The notes under the pieces: generated by a model
Databases searched by the model: none
What the model saw: the letters and a program-made list of their open reading frames with translations, nothing else
Told to the model about the DNA's origin: nothing
Translations under genes and position numbers: made by a program
In this document: piece by piece, positions 14,793 through 25,253 of the stretch
How positions within the stretch are numbered: position 1 is the stretch's first letter
Layout: the number at the start of each line of letters is the position of its first letter
NCBI GenBank assembly: GCA_023920165.1
Contig: CP089275.1
Coordinates: 2,852,001 to 2,916,000 of the forward strand
Direction: 5' to 3'
DNA: 64,000 bases
Origin: Curvularia clavata
Lineage: Eukaryota

Positions 14793-16199
14793 TTTGATAT
14801 TCAAGAAGTTGAGAACGGGGGTTGAAGTAGTATTAGCAAGGAAAAAGTCATCGAGTGCTTGGGGGGACATGTAGTATATGGAGGTGTATTTTACAATCTT
14901 TGTTCTATTCCCACATTCTTCTTTTTCTCACTCGGCGGCGCAGTATGATTGTATCTGGTTGGGGTGTTTCTTCATGAATCCTGCCTCCCGGCATTTCCTG
15001 CTCGAATCTCTAAGCAAAAAAAATCTGAGTTGTAAGCCGACGTGTCTTGCCAAAGCATGTGTACCCAACCTAACCCAACCCGACTACAGCCTCGGCATCC
15101 ACCCGAGATCACAAATCCGCAACTCTCCTACTTACGTCCGTAACAAGGCCCTCGCGGCGACACATTGTGCCCGAGACTACACTCTATCCTCGAAAAAGTG
15201 TCATCTGCATATTATCCACCACCCCTTCCAACCCCTACAGCCCTACTATCCCCTTTTCTTCTCTTTCAAAAGTGAAAAAAAAAAATTAACTCCTCCGTGA
15301 TAACATAACAAAAAACACAGACCATCTCAACGGCCCCAACAACTTCCACCCCGTGCTCCAAACGCTCAATATGTAAACTTACCTCGGCATCTTTTCACAC
15401 TGCACACACACATCATGCTGTCCCCACTTTTAAAAAATCCCAAAAGCTAAAATAGGCAAGCTCACGGACACCGGACGCGGACGCGGAACCGGAACCGGCT
15501 GCATTTTTAATTCCCATTCCCGTCCCCGAATTGAGCCGCATCGCATCGTATCGCATCGCATGACACGATAGCCAAGTAGTTTTAGTTTTAGTTTAAGCTG
15601 CGATGATAACGTTTCGGATGGGGGAAAGAAGACCTGGCTTGTCAAGAATAAACACCTAGTGGCGAGACGGACTGAAATGTGGTGATGAAAGAGATCTACA
15701 GATATGACGTCGATATCCAAACTTTGGAAGAAGGAAAATGGTGATGACGACTTGGGAGAGGGAATGGATGGAGACGAGTGATGGAATACATGTTTGAACA
15801 GACGGTACAGAGTACATACTGTAGGTGTCAATCGGGGCGGATCACTGCATGCGCAAGGGGAGGGGGGATTAATGCATGCGGCGAAAAAAGATATGGGGCG
15901 CGCTCGAGCTTGAGATATCGTGGGAAAGAGATTGGGTCCTAGCGTCTCTATTTTTTTTTTAATCTGTTGTTTACTAGTCCGAGCACTTGCTTGAGATAAG
16001 GGTTTTTTCTCTTAATTGTGGAGAAAGTATGTTTGGGTTTCGTGTTTTGAGTGGGTTTCCTTTTCTCTCTTTCTTGATCTTCTTTCTGCAAACTACTAAA
16101 CTATCTACTTTTGGATATCCTTGGTCTTTTGAGGCTTAATATTCCGTGGTGTTTGTAAAATAGAAAGAGGGAGAGGCTAGTGCCGTTATAATCTCACAT

Positions 16200-17849
16200 A
16201 TGCCCGCCACAGGTGCCTCGCGGCCGGCCTCGTCGTCGGGCACAACGGCAGTATCAACTCGACGGCCGAGCTGTGATGAAGAGGGGGAGAAAGTAAGAGG
16301 CCAGAGTCGCCGGCCATCGATGGATGTAGCGAATGCGGCGGCGCTGCTGGAGAAACAAACACAGACTACCACCACAGCAGCAGCAGCGGTAGATACGACA
16401 ACACAGCAAAATCTCGAACGACCAAAGGTTCTTGACTGGGACGGCCCTGATGACCCGCTCAACCCGCACAACTGGAGCCCAGCAAGGAAATGGTTCCAGA
16501 CGTACACGATTTCCGGGATTGCGTTTGTGGGATCCTTTGCTTCGTCCGTGTTTACGCCAGCTATTGAGGAAGCAGCTGGAGACCTTGATTCCTCTCGCCT
16601 CGTTGCTACGCTGGCATACTCAATCTACTCGCTTGGTCTTGCGTTCGGCGGACCGTTCGCTGCGCCTCTGAGTGAGACTTTTGGTCGGCGTCTGGTCATT
16701 TTCATCAGCCTGCCCATCTTCGCGCTCTTCACCCTCGGAACCGGTTTCGCACAGAGCATGGCCGCACTGGTGGTTCTGCGCTTCTTCTCTGGCTTCTTCG
16801 CTGCACCGAGTCTGAGTATGGGATCGGGAACACTCAGTGACATTTGGCCGCCTGAGAAACGATCGGGCCCCATGTCACTATATGTTGCCACACCTTTCTT
16901 TGGACCAGCGATAGGTCCACTTTTGGGCGCTGCTGTAACACAGACGCGAGGCTGGCGCTGGACAGCGTGGCTGATACTCTTCTTCACTGTTGCGCTTGTC
17001 ATTGTGCCCGCCCCCTTTTTCATCGAGTCGTACAAGCCTGTTCTTTTGCGTCAGCGAGCAAGGAAACGCGGTCTGCCGCTTCCACTTTCGCCGACTGAGG
17101 GCCTGCCGTGGCATAGGATTGTTAGCACCTATGTGTCCAAGACGCTCACGCGGCCGATGCATATGTTGCTGACTGAGCCCATCATAGCCACATTCAACGC
17201 ATACAGTGCGTTCAATTTTGGCCTGCTGTACGCCTTCTTCGCTGCTTTCCCGTACGTCTTCAAGAAGGAATATGGATTTGACAGTCTCTCTACTGGCCTT
17301 ACGTTCCTGGGTCTAGGCGCCGGTGTCATCGCCGCCACGGTTTGCATTATCTGCTTCAGCAAGTTCTGGTACATTCCGCGTGTAAGGCAGGCGGTTGTAC
17401 AAAAGAAACCGCTGCCGCCATTTGCTACTTCACGATTAGTCCCTGAGAAACGTTTGCCTCTTGCGTTTGCCGGTGGCCCCATTCTGACCGTCAGTCTCTT
17501 TCTCTTTGGATGGTCGGCGGCATACCAGGTGCACTGGATCGTGCCTACGATTGCCGAAGCCATGTTTGGTTGCGGCAACATGCTCATCTTCATGGCGTGC
17601 ATGATGTACATGACTGACACATATGGGCCACTGTATAGCGCCAGTGCCATGGCTTCCAATGCTATTCTTCGATATATTCTCGGGACTGTATTTCCTCTGT
17701 TTGCGGTCCAGATGTTCCAGCGGCTGGGTGCTGACTGGGCCTGTACATTGCTGGGATGTTTGAGTGTCCTGGGTGCTTGCATACCGTTTGTGCTGGCAAA
17801 GTATGGCGAGGCGCTGAGGAGCAGGAGTGGTTACCAGCGTAATGGATAG
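16200..17849 (+). CDS. MFS drug:H+ antiporter-like transporter (DHA1 family)
   Basis: 549 aa ORF with WDGPDDPLNPHNWS, PLSETFGRR and PEKRL motifs and about 12 hydrophobic segments. Confidence 0.9.
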   Translation: MPATGASRPASSSGTTAVSTRRPSCDEEGEKVRGQSRRPSMDVANAAALLEKQTQTTTTAAAAVDTTTQQNLERPKVLDWDGPDDPLNPHNWSPARKWFQTYTISGIAFVGSFASSVFTPAIEEAAGDLDSSRLVATLAYSIYSLGLAFGGPFAAPLSETFGRRLVIFISLPIFALFTLGTGFAQSMAALVVLRFFSGFFAAPSLSMGSGTLSDIWPPEKRSGPMSLYVATPFFGPAIGPLLGAAVTQTRGWRWTAWLILFFTVALVIVPAPFFIESYKPVLLRQRARKRGLPLPLSPTEGLPWHRIVSTYVSKTLTRPMHMLLTEPIIATFNAYSAFNFGLLYAFFAAFPYVFKKEYGFDSLSTGLTFLGLGAGVIAATVCIICFSKFWYIPRVRQAVVQKKPLPPFATSRLVPEKRLPLAFAGGPILTVSLFLFGWSAAYQVHWIVPTIAEAMFGCGNMLIFMACMMYMTDTYGPLYSASAMASNAILRYILGTVFPLFAVQMFQRLGADWACTLLGCLSVLGACIPFVLAKYGEALRSRSGYQRNG

Positions 17850-18352
17850 GTACTATCAGGGCGGCGGGCACGCGCTTGGTACAGCATGACGAGTAATGTA
17901 GCTTGTATTGTTTGATAATCATGTATCGATAGAGACAAATTCAGATAGCAGAGTAGAGTCCAACCACGTGTCGAGTCAACTGGCTGGATAGCTAGCATAT
18001 CCTGGGTTACTGTAAATATTACACGGGTAACTCGGCCATGCCAATGTAAATATCTTCGTGGCTGTCGCTACTGTGCTTATTATGTCTTCTCCGGTACCTC
18101 ATACGCTATTGCAGCTGCATGCAACCTGGACCCAGTGAATCATACCACACGCACCACAACCAACGCACCACTTCTTTCCAGTTGCTCGTGCTCATTCCCA
18201 TGTCCCGCCTTGGCTCAGACGCATTGGTGTTCGTCCCACCACGGCTGCTGCAGCGCACCGATTTTCCCGCCCACCACCACCACACCCAAAAACTCAACTC
18301 CACGCCCACGACGCAAAAAACAACACGATAACGCAGAAAACAGCAAATATAT

Positions 18353-18372
18353 TGACGCGAGCGAGATTCGAA
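18353..18372 (-). pseudogene. Isolated tRNA 3' fragment (T-loop, 3' T-stem, 3' acceptor strand, discriminator A); left border of the island
   Basis: Minus strand reads TTCGAAT CTCGC TCGCGTC A, then a T-rich trailer (about 18288-18352) similar to the trailer of the intact tRNA at 24197-24280. No 5' tRNA half is adjacent. Confidence 0.7.
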
Positions 18373-18726
18373 ATCTATGAGATGAAATGTAGAAAGTGCT
18401 GTACTCAGCCCAGCCCAGGAGTGCGCGCGTTGTGGATCTGTCTTACTTTGCCGTGAGACAAGGCTAAACATACAAAGTAGTTTACAGTGCACATAATTCT
18501 CAGCTATGATGGGAACTTGAAGTTGAATATTACGTAGAGCGATTAATCACCACCGTCTTGTGTGTATGGGAAGTGACTGGAATCTGCTTGTTTGCTGGTG
18601 TGCTCGCGAGAGTATTGATGCTTTGTTTTATCCAGGTAAGCCTTCTCTTGAACATTAGCGACGAAACAAAATCCAACAACTCAACTAGCAGATTCTCTGC
18701 AAAGTCGTCGAGTCGCGCATGACAGG

Positions 18727-19584
18727 ATGCCAAGAAGAGTCAGTGATAGCGACAGCGAAGATGAGATTCCCATCCCCATCGGGCCAGCCACAGAAGCAGC
18801 ATATCGTTGCTTGTTCCCTTTTCGAAATGTACTGCTCCACACACGACTTCATGGCTGCTCTAAAATGCTGGTAGTATGCCCCCAAGAGTGCGATTCGGTT
18901 GTTAAAACACTCAGAGACATTATTCGATGCAGCGCAACCGGCTCTGGAGGCAGTCTGTTAGCCGTATACCACGAACCATCAACATTGCCGACGGTTGACA
19001 CGATTCGCAAGAAGCTTGGCCCACAAATTGGAATTTCTAGTCTCGACGCCGTCCTTGTCTTTGGATATGAGAATGCGCAGCTTGGTGTGACTGAGCTGAA
19101 GATTAAGCGTTGGATAGACGGCCTTGCCGATTTAGTACGGTCAGAATACCGCCCGATGGAGGGACAAAGATACCTTTCTCAGATTGAGCGTTTTAGAGGG
19201 CTCCTTTTCGTACAAATGGCGCGTCTGCCTCGTGAACTCTGGCAGCATGCCGCAAGGCGATATCATGGCCTAGTGCATAAAATGGGTCTTCGCCTAGACT
19301 CTGTCAACTCGCTCCGTGGTTCAAATCTGTTTGACATTCGCATGACGGCCATGCGCCACAAAAACCTGGCTCAAAGTCTTGCCAGGATACTAGATGGACA
19401 TCACGAGAGATTCATTGGGTATCTTAGAAAGCATGGTCAGACCCTAAAGCCAACATTTCTCGGCCGTGGGAGGAAGCTTATCGAGGACGGTGACGCCATG
19501 GTTGGTATCTTCATCCCTGATGAAAGCGCAGCCAGTGCAGAGACTTGGTGGGATTTGGTTGAACCAGTGCCGATAAGGAATTGA
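18727..19584 (+). CDS. Hypothetical protein (285 aa), possibly a degenerate Rossmann/methyltransferase-like fold
   Basis: Uninterrupted ATG ORF. Alternating strand/helix pattern (SLDAVLVFG...LADLVR...GLLFVQ). The fold call is weak. Confidence 0.55.
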   Translation: MPRRVSDSDSEDEIPIPIGPATEAAYRCLFPFRNVLLHTRLHGCSKMLVVCPQECDSVVKTLRDIIRCSATGSGGSLLAVYHEPSTLPTVDTIRKKLGPQIGISSLDAVLVFGYENAQLGVTELKIKRWIDGLADLVRSEYRPMEGQRYLSQIERFRGLLFVQMARLPRELWQHAARRYHGLVHKMGLRLDSVNSLRGSNLFDIRMTAMRHKNLAQSLARILDGHHERFIGYLRKHGQTLKPTFLGRGRKLIEDGDAMVGIFIPDESAASAETWWDLVEPVPIRN

Positions 19585-19632
19585 AGAAGAATGTATATTA
19601 CTTTGTATAAGACTGCCATAGATATTCCGTGT

Positions 19633-21762
19633 TCAAGGTATTGCGTCTTCTTCCTGATTGTCGACATCAACAAAAGGCATCGGCTCAGCGAACATGCGTG
19701 CGTGTTTTTCAGCCAGACGTTGGTGCAAAGCCTGTATGGTAACCCGAAAGTTGCTAGGCCGGCGATTGTAATTACAGGGGTGCGTGAAATGGTTAATGCC
19801 TGCAAACTTGTCAAGCAAAACCCAAAGTCCACTCCATGCATCGCTTCGATTGTCTAATATCCTTGGGCCGCCCGAGCCTACTATGTAGTCGGCTGGGTTG
19901 AACCCGGTGTGTATCAGTTCAGCAAGCAGAGGCACCCGTTCTTCAAAGTCCGCATCCTTTTTGAGTTTACGGTTGGAGGTATACAACTCTTGTTGCGCAT
20001 GCGTTGGACTAATGTCGCTTGTTGGTATAACGAGCAGAGGACTATATAGACCTAGCCCGTCTTGGTTGAAAATGTCAAATATCAGCAGCCGGTCTTGAGG
20101 ACTTTGATTGAGTCTCTGGAATTCCGCGGTTGTAAGCCTCGGCCCACGAGACGTGCCCTCTTGGCTGCGAGAATATAGGTGTATTGGTACGACGGGAGTG
20201 TTGGGAGGCAGCTGGGTGATGGTGCAAGGAGGTGTGTTGCTTGCGAGGAACGCATCTTTTTGGCTCTCAGTCCACCGGTACCGACAGTAAGCCAAGTCTC
20301 CAAAAGGATGCCCACGAGACAGTACTATGAGAAGACCAGAACGACGAACAGCACACTGGGCTGTGATGGTGTAGAACAGTCGGTTGGTGAAATGGTCTAG
20401 CTGGGATGTCGGCGGAGCTGCAATTGCATCTTTGGGCTCATCTTCAGACTTTTTGAAAAGGTTTTGAGAGCGTCGTCGGGGCCTATGATGAATTTGGCGG
20501 GGGTTTGGAGTAGTTTGTATAATGTTGTACACCTCCTTCACCCAATCTCCCGAGTCATCCAGAGCGATCCGATAAGGCTTGAAGTCTTCTCGATCAAAAC
20601 TAGCATCCTTGGCTTCTGTCGTGTAGAATTCATCTGGCAGTACACTTTCAGGTAAAAAGAAGAATTGTGTCCACGCCAGTTTCTGTCGGTCTTGGTAGTC
20701 GAATTGATACAGGAGATAATCAAACCTAGCCCGTATTGTTAAGCAGCCTGTTTTTTTTTGTAGAGACGACAAGTCTTACCGTTCGTAGTCATTGAAGTAG
20801 TAGTTTACCTCGCCGTTTCGACCATTTCGAGCAATAGCCACTTTGGCCAGTGGCGAAGCAGGCGAGCGGTATTTCGCATCAATCTTGTATTGAACAAATA
20901 ATTGTCGGCGCTGGTTGTGACTTTTTGAGTCTGGCACCAAAAGCTTGAAGTCGGCAAGGTGCGGTTGTAGCCACATGAAGTCAAAGTCCATGGGTATGCC
21001 ATGGAGCCACTTTGCTGCGCGTATGCCTTTCCAAAATTGTACAAGTCCTCTAAACGAAGTAAAGTGCTGGGAACTCTCTTCTGGCATGAGTCCGTCATTG
21101 TCGTGTTCAACAGATGGGATCCAGTCATGAAACGTCACCCGAGTCCAGGGATTGCTGTAAGCGCCTTGTCCTTGCGCGCATCGTTGGATACGTGCGAGCG
21201 CTTCTGGGAGGAGTCGGATTGGCATTCGATACGGGCTGTTGCATGGGCTGAGCGAGTCGTACGCTGAAGGTGGCAAACGCGGCTTCCGTGAAATGTTCAC
21301 GGCAACGTTGCGCTTCTCATTGTTGTCGAGCAAAGTCCCGGCGCGGTAGTTTGGGATCAGCTCTACGTAATCGGGATTAGCAGCGCATATGCCAATATAA
21401 AATGCCACTCGATTTTGCTGCTTCACCGAGGTTTTGTATATCTGGTCCTCGGCCTTGCCTGATATCTTGCTCTTTGCATCAAACAGAACCAGGCGCCGTT
21501 CAGAGTGTTTAGGCCCATGGCGATATCTGCGCACATGCTCATTGAGCTGCCAGAATCGCTCACCAAAGGTTCCTATTGGTGGCGTAGTATCGGTGGTTGC
21601 AAAGATTGCACCATCCGCAGGTGCAAACTCAAAGGACCGGATAACAAAGGGACACTCGAAGAGGACCGCAAATAGTTCAGCTTCGAATCGTGCGCCAGAA
21701 CGCCCGGTAATAAAAGAGGAAATTTGTGAAAGAGGTTGACAGTCGTACTCGGTAGGCATCAT
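19633..21762 (-). CDS. Island paralog A: ~691 aa protein with tandem PD-(D/E)XK-like (restriction-endonuclease-fold) motifs
   Basis: ORFs 20776-21885 and 19633-20772 join in frame via a 54-nt GTAAGA...CTTAAC...TAG intron (20726-20779). Motifs SGARFEAE / PADG / LFDAK and QPHLADF / FVQYK. Collinear with the 25254-27281 protein. Confidence 0.7.
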
Positions 21763-21935
21763 GATTTTGATACGCGTTGGCAGTATACAGTGAGGTAGGG
21801 TAGCAGTGTTGAAAAAGATGGGTGAAAACAGGCTGCCACGAATCACTGTTACACACGTGCTAGCACAACAAGCAAGGTAACACAAGGATCAATATTTCTC
21901 TATACGCGTTGGCTATGGTACGTTCTGCTAATCCT

Positions 21936-22718
21936 CTAGGTATTCCAAAAGTAATGTGAGATGCGTAAGAACCAGCTTATGGTTGGTCGAGGGCGCTCAA
22001 ATGGAGCCCGAGGTGAAGACGATTCTACAACTGGCGCATCTTGTCGTCGCTTGTGATGGCCCCCTGAGATTGCTGCACTCGACTGTCGTCTTTTCCTATC
22101 AGATGGCGCGACAGGCGGTTGGATGGTTAAACGGTATGCTGATAGGCAGGCATGGTACTCGCTGGTGGTGTTTGGTAGAAGAATCTTGAATTTGATTCCG
22201 GGTTCTTTGCCGATCCGGATCGTCATCGGTGTAGGGACCTTGAGCGTGTCGTTTGGAGCAACCACCTGTACATCTTCCTGGAAGTGAGACATGACATAAA
22301 GGCCTTGAGAGCATGTAGATCTCAGTTGGAGATGGGGATCATGATCATTGATGAACAAGATAAAGTGGTGTGGTGCTACTCCCTCGGACGAGGGCAGTAT
22401 ATAGTCACTTGATCGAGACGTACCAAAGGACAGGCAGTGGCGTCCTGCGACGGCTCCAAAGGTGAATCGGACAAGCCTGGACTTTGAAATGACCTTGCCA
22501 TCTTTGGTGCATTCAGTACTCAATCTCACGTACCGCATGTTGGGCAGTAGCAGTGTCGATGAGTGTGCACACGGAGACAGTGGCACCAACTCTGCAAAGA
22601 AGGGGAGGTGGGTAGAGGATGACATTGGTGCCTGGTAGAGTTCAGCAACTCCAAGGGCTTTTATTGCACTAATTTCATGTCTCAATTGTCTAGAGTGGAA
22701 ATTCAGAGTGTCTCGCAT
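21936..22718 (-). CDS. FHA-like domain protein with basic NLS-like tail (start uncertain)
   Basis: LSFGTSRSSDYILPSSEGVAPHHFILF...LRSTCSQGLYV follows FHA spacing, but the G-R, S-x-x-H and N-G residues are altered. RKRR and KRR occur near the C-terminus. Confidence 0.6.
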   Translation of the reverse strand: MRDTLNFHSRQLRHEISAIKALGVAELYQAPMSSSTHLPFFAELVPLSPCAHSSTLLLPNMRYVRLSTECTKDGKVISKSRLVRFTFGAVAGRHCLSFGTSRSSDYILPSSEGVAPHHFILFINDHDPHLQLRSTCSQGLYVMSHFQEDVQVVAPNDTLKVPTPMTIRIGKEPGIKFKILLPNTTSEYHACLSAYRLTIQPPVAPSDRKRRQSSAAISGGHHKRRQDAPVVESSSPRAPFERPRPTISWFLRISHYFWNT

Positions 22719-22776
22719 GCGCTTTGTATGTTTTTAAAATGTAAGACAAGCACAAATGTCGGCATCTGGCATTCCC

Positions 22777-23738
22777 TCATTGTTCGTCCGCTTGATCTGA
22801 TGCCTTGGCTCGCGACGGCAATCGATGTACGCGGACATCCAGCCTCGACTGGGGCTCGGAAGAATCAAAGCCCAAGTCAATACCCAGCTCTGGTTGTGAT
22901 GGTCGCGGTAGCAACCAAAGGAGCTGCCCACAGGTCATACTTGACGGCGTCGTCGCAGGATGGCAAGCAGCTATAACGGCGTCATAGAGGTGTTCGAGGG
23001 TCGGTTGCTCGAATCGTCCCAGCCGCTCATCTTTGGAACCGCCATCCCAAATTCCACGTGGCTGGCCAAGCCGCTGCGCAGAATCAACGCCTGTACGCTT
23101 GCGAGGAGGGCGGCCAATAATAGCGCCAAGATCTGCCGTTTTGCCAAAGTATAGCGGAGCTGCGCGAAGTATAATGAACGACGCCTGCTCTGTTGAGTAG
23201 AGTGGATATCTACAGTCTGACGCAACTTGTATGCAGTATAGCGGCGTGGCCTCTGGAGGCGGGTTGAGTAAAAAGTCGCACGCCATAAAGCGCGATCGGT
23301 GGGGCGATTGGAAGTAGTCGGTCTGGGCAGACTCGGTCCATGTATAACGCATAAATACGAGAGAAGGAACCGATGCCCTATGGGATCGTGAGCAACGACC
23401 AGGCCAGTTGATCCATGTGTATACCTCAGGCTGTCGGCCGCAGGGCCACGATTCTTTGGATCAAACATCTGCTTATTCCAGCTGTTCCGACTCGGTAGAA
23501 ACATGAAGAATCCAGCGCCTCGCAACACCGCAATCTCGTTCAAGGCTAGCGCGTCAATCTCGTTGGGGAGCAACGGCCGATCGTTGGCGCCATCATGGGT
23601 TCTGTCGCGGACTTGCTGCCGGATATGACTGCTAAGCTCTTCTCGCCAAAAGTACCGCTGCGAAGTAGGAATCTCTCGTAGCCTGAGCAGTGTCTTGGCG
23701 CCTGATGCCTTGCTGACAGGATCGTCCGCAGTCTCCAT
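22777..23738 (-). CDS. Island paralog B: shorter protein related to the C-terminal module of paralogs A and C
   Basis: A 47-nt GTATAC...GCTCAC...TAG intron (23378-23424) joins ORFs 22971-23816 and 22777-23352 in frame. AVLRGAGFFMFL...FMRYTWTESAQ matches AVRRSGLLIVL...YCRYRWTESQK in paralog A. Confidence 0.6.
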
Positions 23739-24102
23739 ACCGCGATGCTGGTGGGGTGATGGGGGTAGGTCGAAGCTACGCAAACCTACAGTCTCGGCCC
23801 CGCACCCCAACACCACTCCAGACTATCCGGCCTCTAAAGTATCCAATCGCAGCTGTTTTCTCCAAGAATTTATACGTATAGTGCCATAATACTATAGAAA
23901 ACTGCGTACAAATTTTAAAGGACAAGTATAGTGTAGTGGCAGCTTTTTGAATTTTGGTGTTGTAATCGCTGTCAGACTGAGGCCCAAGCTTACACCCATT
24001 TATCCTGTAATGTTGAGGCTGTAATACGCTGACTGCTTTGGAAATTTCGCTATCTATAGGAGATTTGATTTTCAAACTTAGTAAATGTATTGTTCTTCCC
24101 CC

Positions 24103-24196
24103 GACATTGTGGCCGAGTGGTCTAAGGCGGTAGATTTAAGCTTTGCTGAGATCTCTACTCCAGAAATGGGCACGCGTTCGAACCGCGTCAATGTCA
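24103..24196 (+). tRNA. tRNA-Leu (anticodon UAA), intact, with a 12-nt intron
   Basis: Acceptor GACATTG/CAATGTC, A-box TGGCCGAGTGG, anticodon stem GTAGA/TCTAC, loop TT-TAA-G, intron CTTTGCTGAGAT, variable arm CCA-GAAA-TGG, T-arm ACGCG-TTCGAAC-CGCGT, discriminator A. Confidence 0.93.
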
Positions 24197-24201
24197 ATAT
24201 C

Positions 24202-24219
24202 TTTTGCTACTTTTTTTTT
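24202..24219 (+). terminator. RNA polymerase III terminator (T-runs) of the tRNA-Leu
   Basis: TTTT and then a T9 run directly 3' of the tRNA. Confidence 0.7.
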
Positions 24220-25253
24220 GGCGTTGTTTTGGCGTTGTTGTGGTGTTTTTTGCGTCGTGGTGGGCGGGAGTTGAGTTTTTCGATACACACCCAACACCCA
24301 ACCAATGAAAGCCCAGACGAGCATCAACGAACACGATATAGTGCGGAGACGCGCCGCCTGCAAGTATCAAACGATTCACTTCATGTTTTACCTGCAGTTG
24401 GACTTCATCATTCGGGTTTCCATATCGTATGCCGCGTGCCTTTCTGCACCATAGCATCTTCACGAAATCTCGCCGCCGCACATGCGAGTCTACGTGTTAG
24501 TCGTACCAACACGGGAACTTCCAAGCGATGCTTTTGTCTCGGCGGGGCTGCAAAACGGCTGCAAACATGCGTCGTGGATGTGTTTGACCGCTCCGTCCCA
24601 TGTTGGCCTCAGCATTTTCTCGGTTTGCATGTATTCCTTGAAAATTATCTTCTTATACAGAGTATTTTTGAAAGACGTAGTCAATCATAAACACTAGACG
24701 GTCTCGTTGCCTGTTTTTGCTGGCCTTGGCAGTGAGGCTGAAACCACCAGAACAGGACTATCAAGCAGGAAGTGATCTGTACACAAACAGGATAACCTGC
24801 ATATGCAAAGGAGTTTCGGCTATGTGCTGCTTACACAACCTTAGACTATTGGTCTGGAACTGCATGCATATCACTATAGCGGCGTTGCATGATACGCAGT
24901 CTTGGTCTAGCCTGGCTGTGCTTGGCAATTGAAGCGCTTGACGGAAGCATGCTTCGTGATGGTAGGGACCAAAGCTTTCCAATCCGTGACTGGCCTGGAC
25001 AATTCAAACTTGTTGGTCTTAGCGTTTCTCAAGCAGATGCAAGAACCTTCTGGTGATCGAACAGTGGTGGTCTTCTAAGTCCTTTGGTTTTAATAGCTCT
25101 GGAACTCTGCAAAGTAACTTCAAGCTCAAATTCAACTTCAACTTTAATCTCAACCTTTCCACGCTTTTTTTAAGCCTTTCGAGTACAAACCTGCCAGTCA
25201 TATTAGCTTATACTTCCTAGTACTAACTTTGATAGAAAGACGCATCAGCTGCC

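Noticed and set aside
15465..15595. Short tandem motifs (CGGACG, CGGAAC, TCGCA, TTTAG)
   Set aside because: Ordinary intergenic microsatellite-like sequence.
18029..18046. ACTCGGCCATG, matching the reverse complement of the tRNA 5' region
   Set aside because: Only about 11 nt long and does not extend; compatible with chance.
24130..24158. Ochre suppressor reading (anticodon UUA) of the tRNA
   Set aside because: With the stem GTAGA/TCTAC, positions 32-33 are TT and 34-36 are TAA. The long variable arm and discriminator A also fit Leu.
24085..24690. 201 aa ORF overlapping the tRNA
   Set aside because: It reads through the tRNA and its T-rich trailer; likely spurious.
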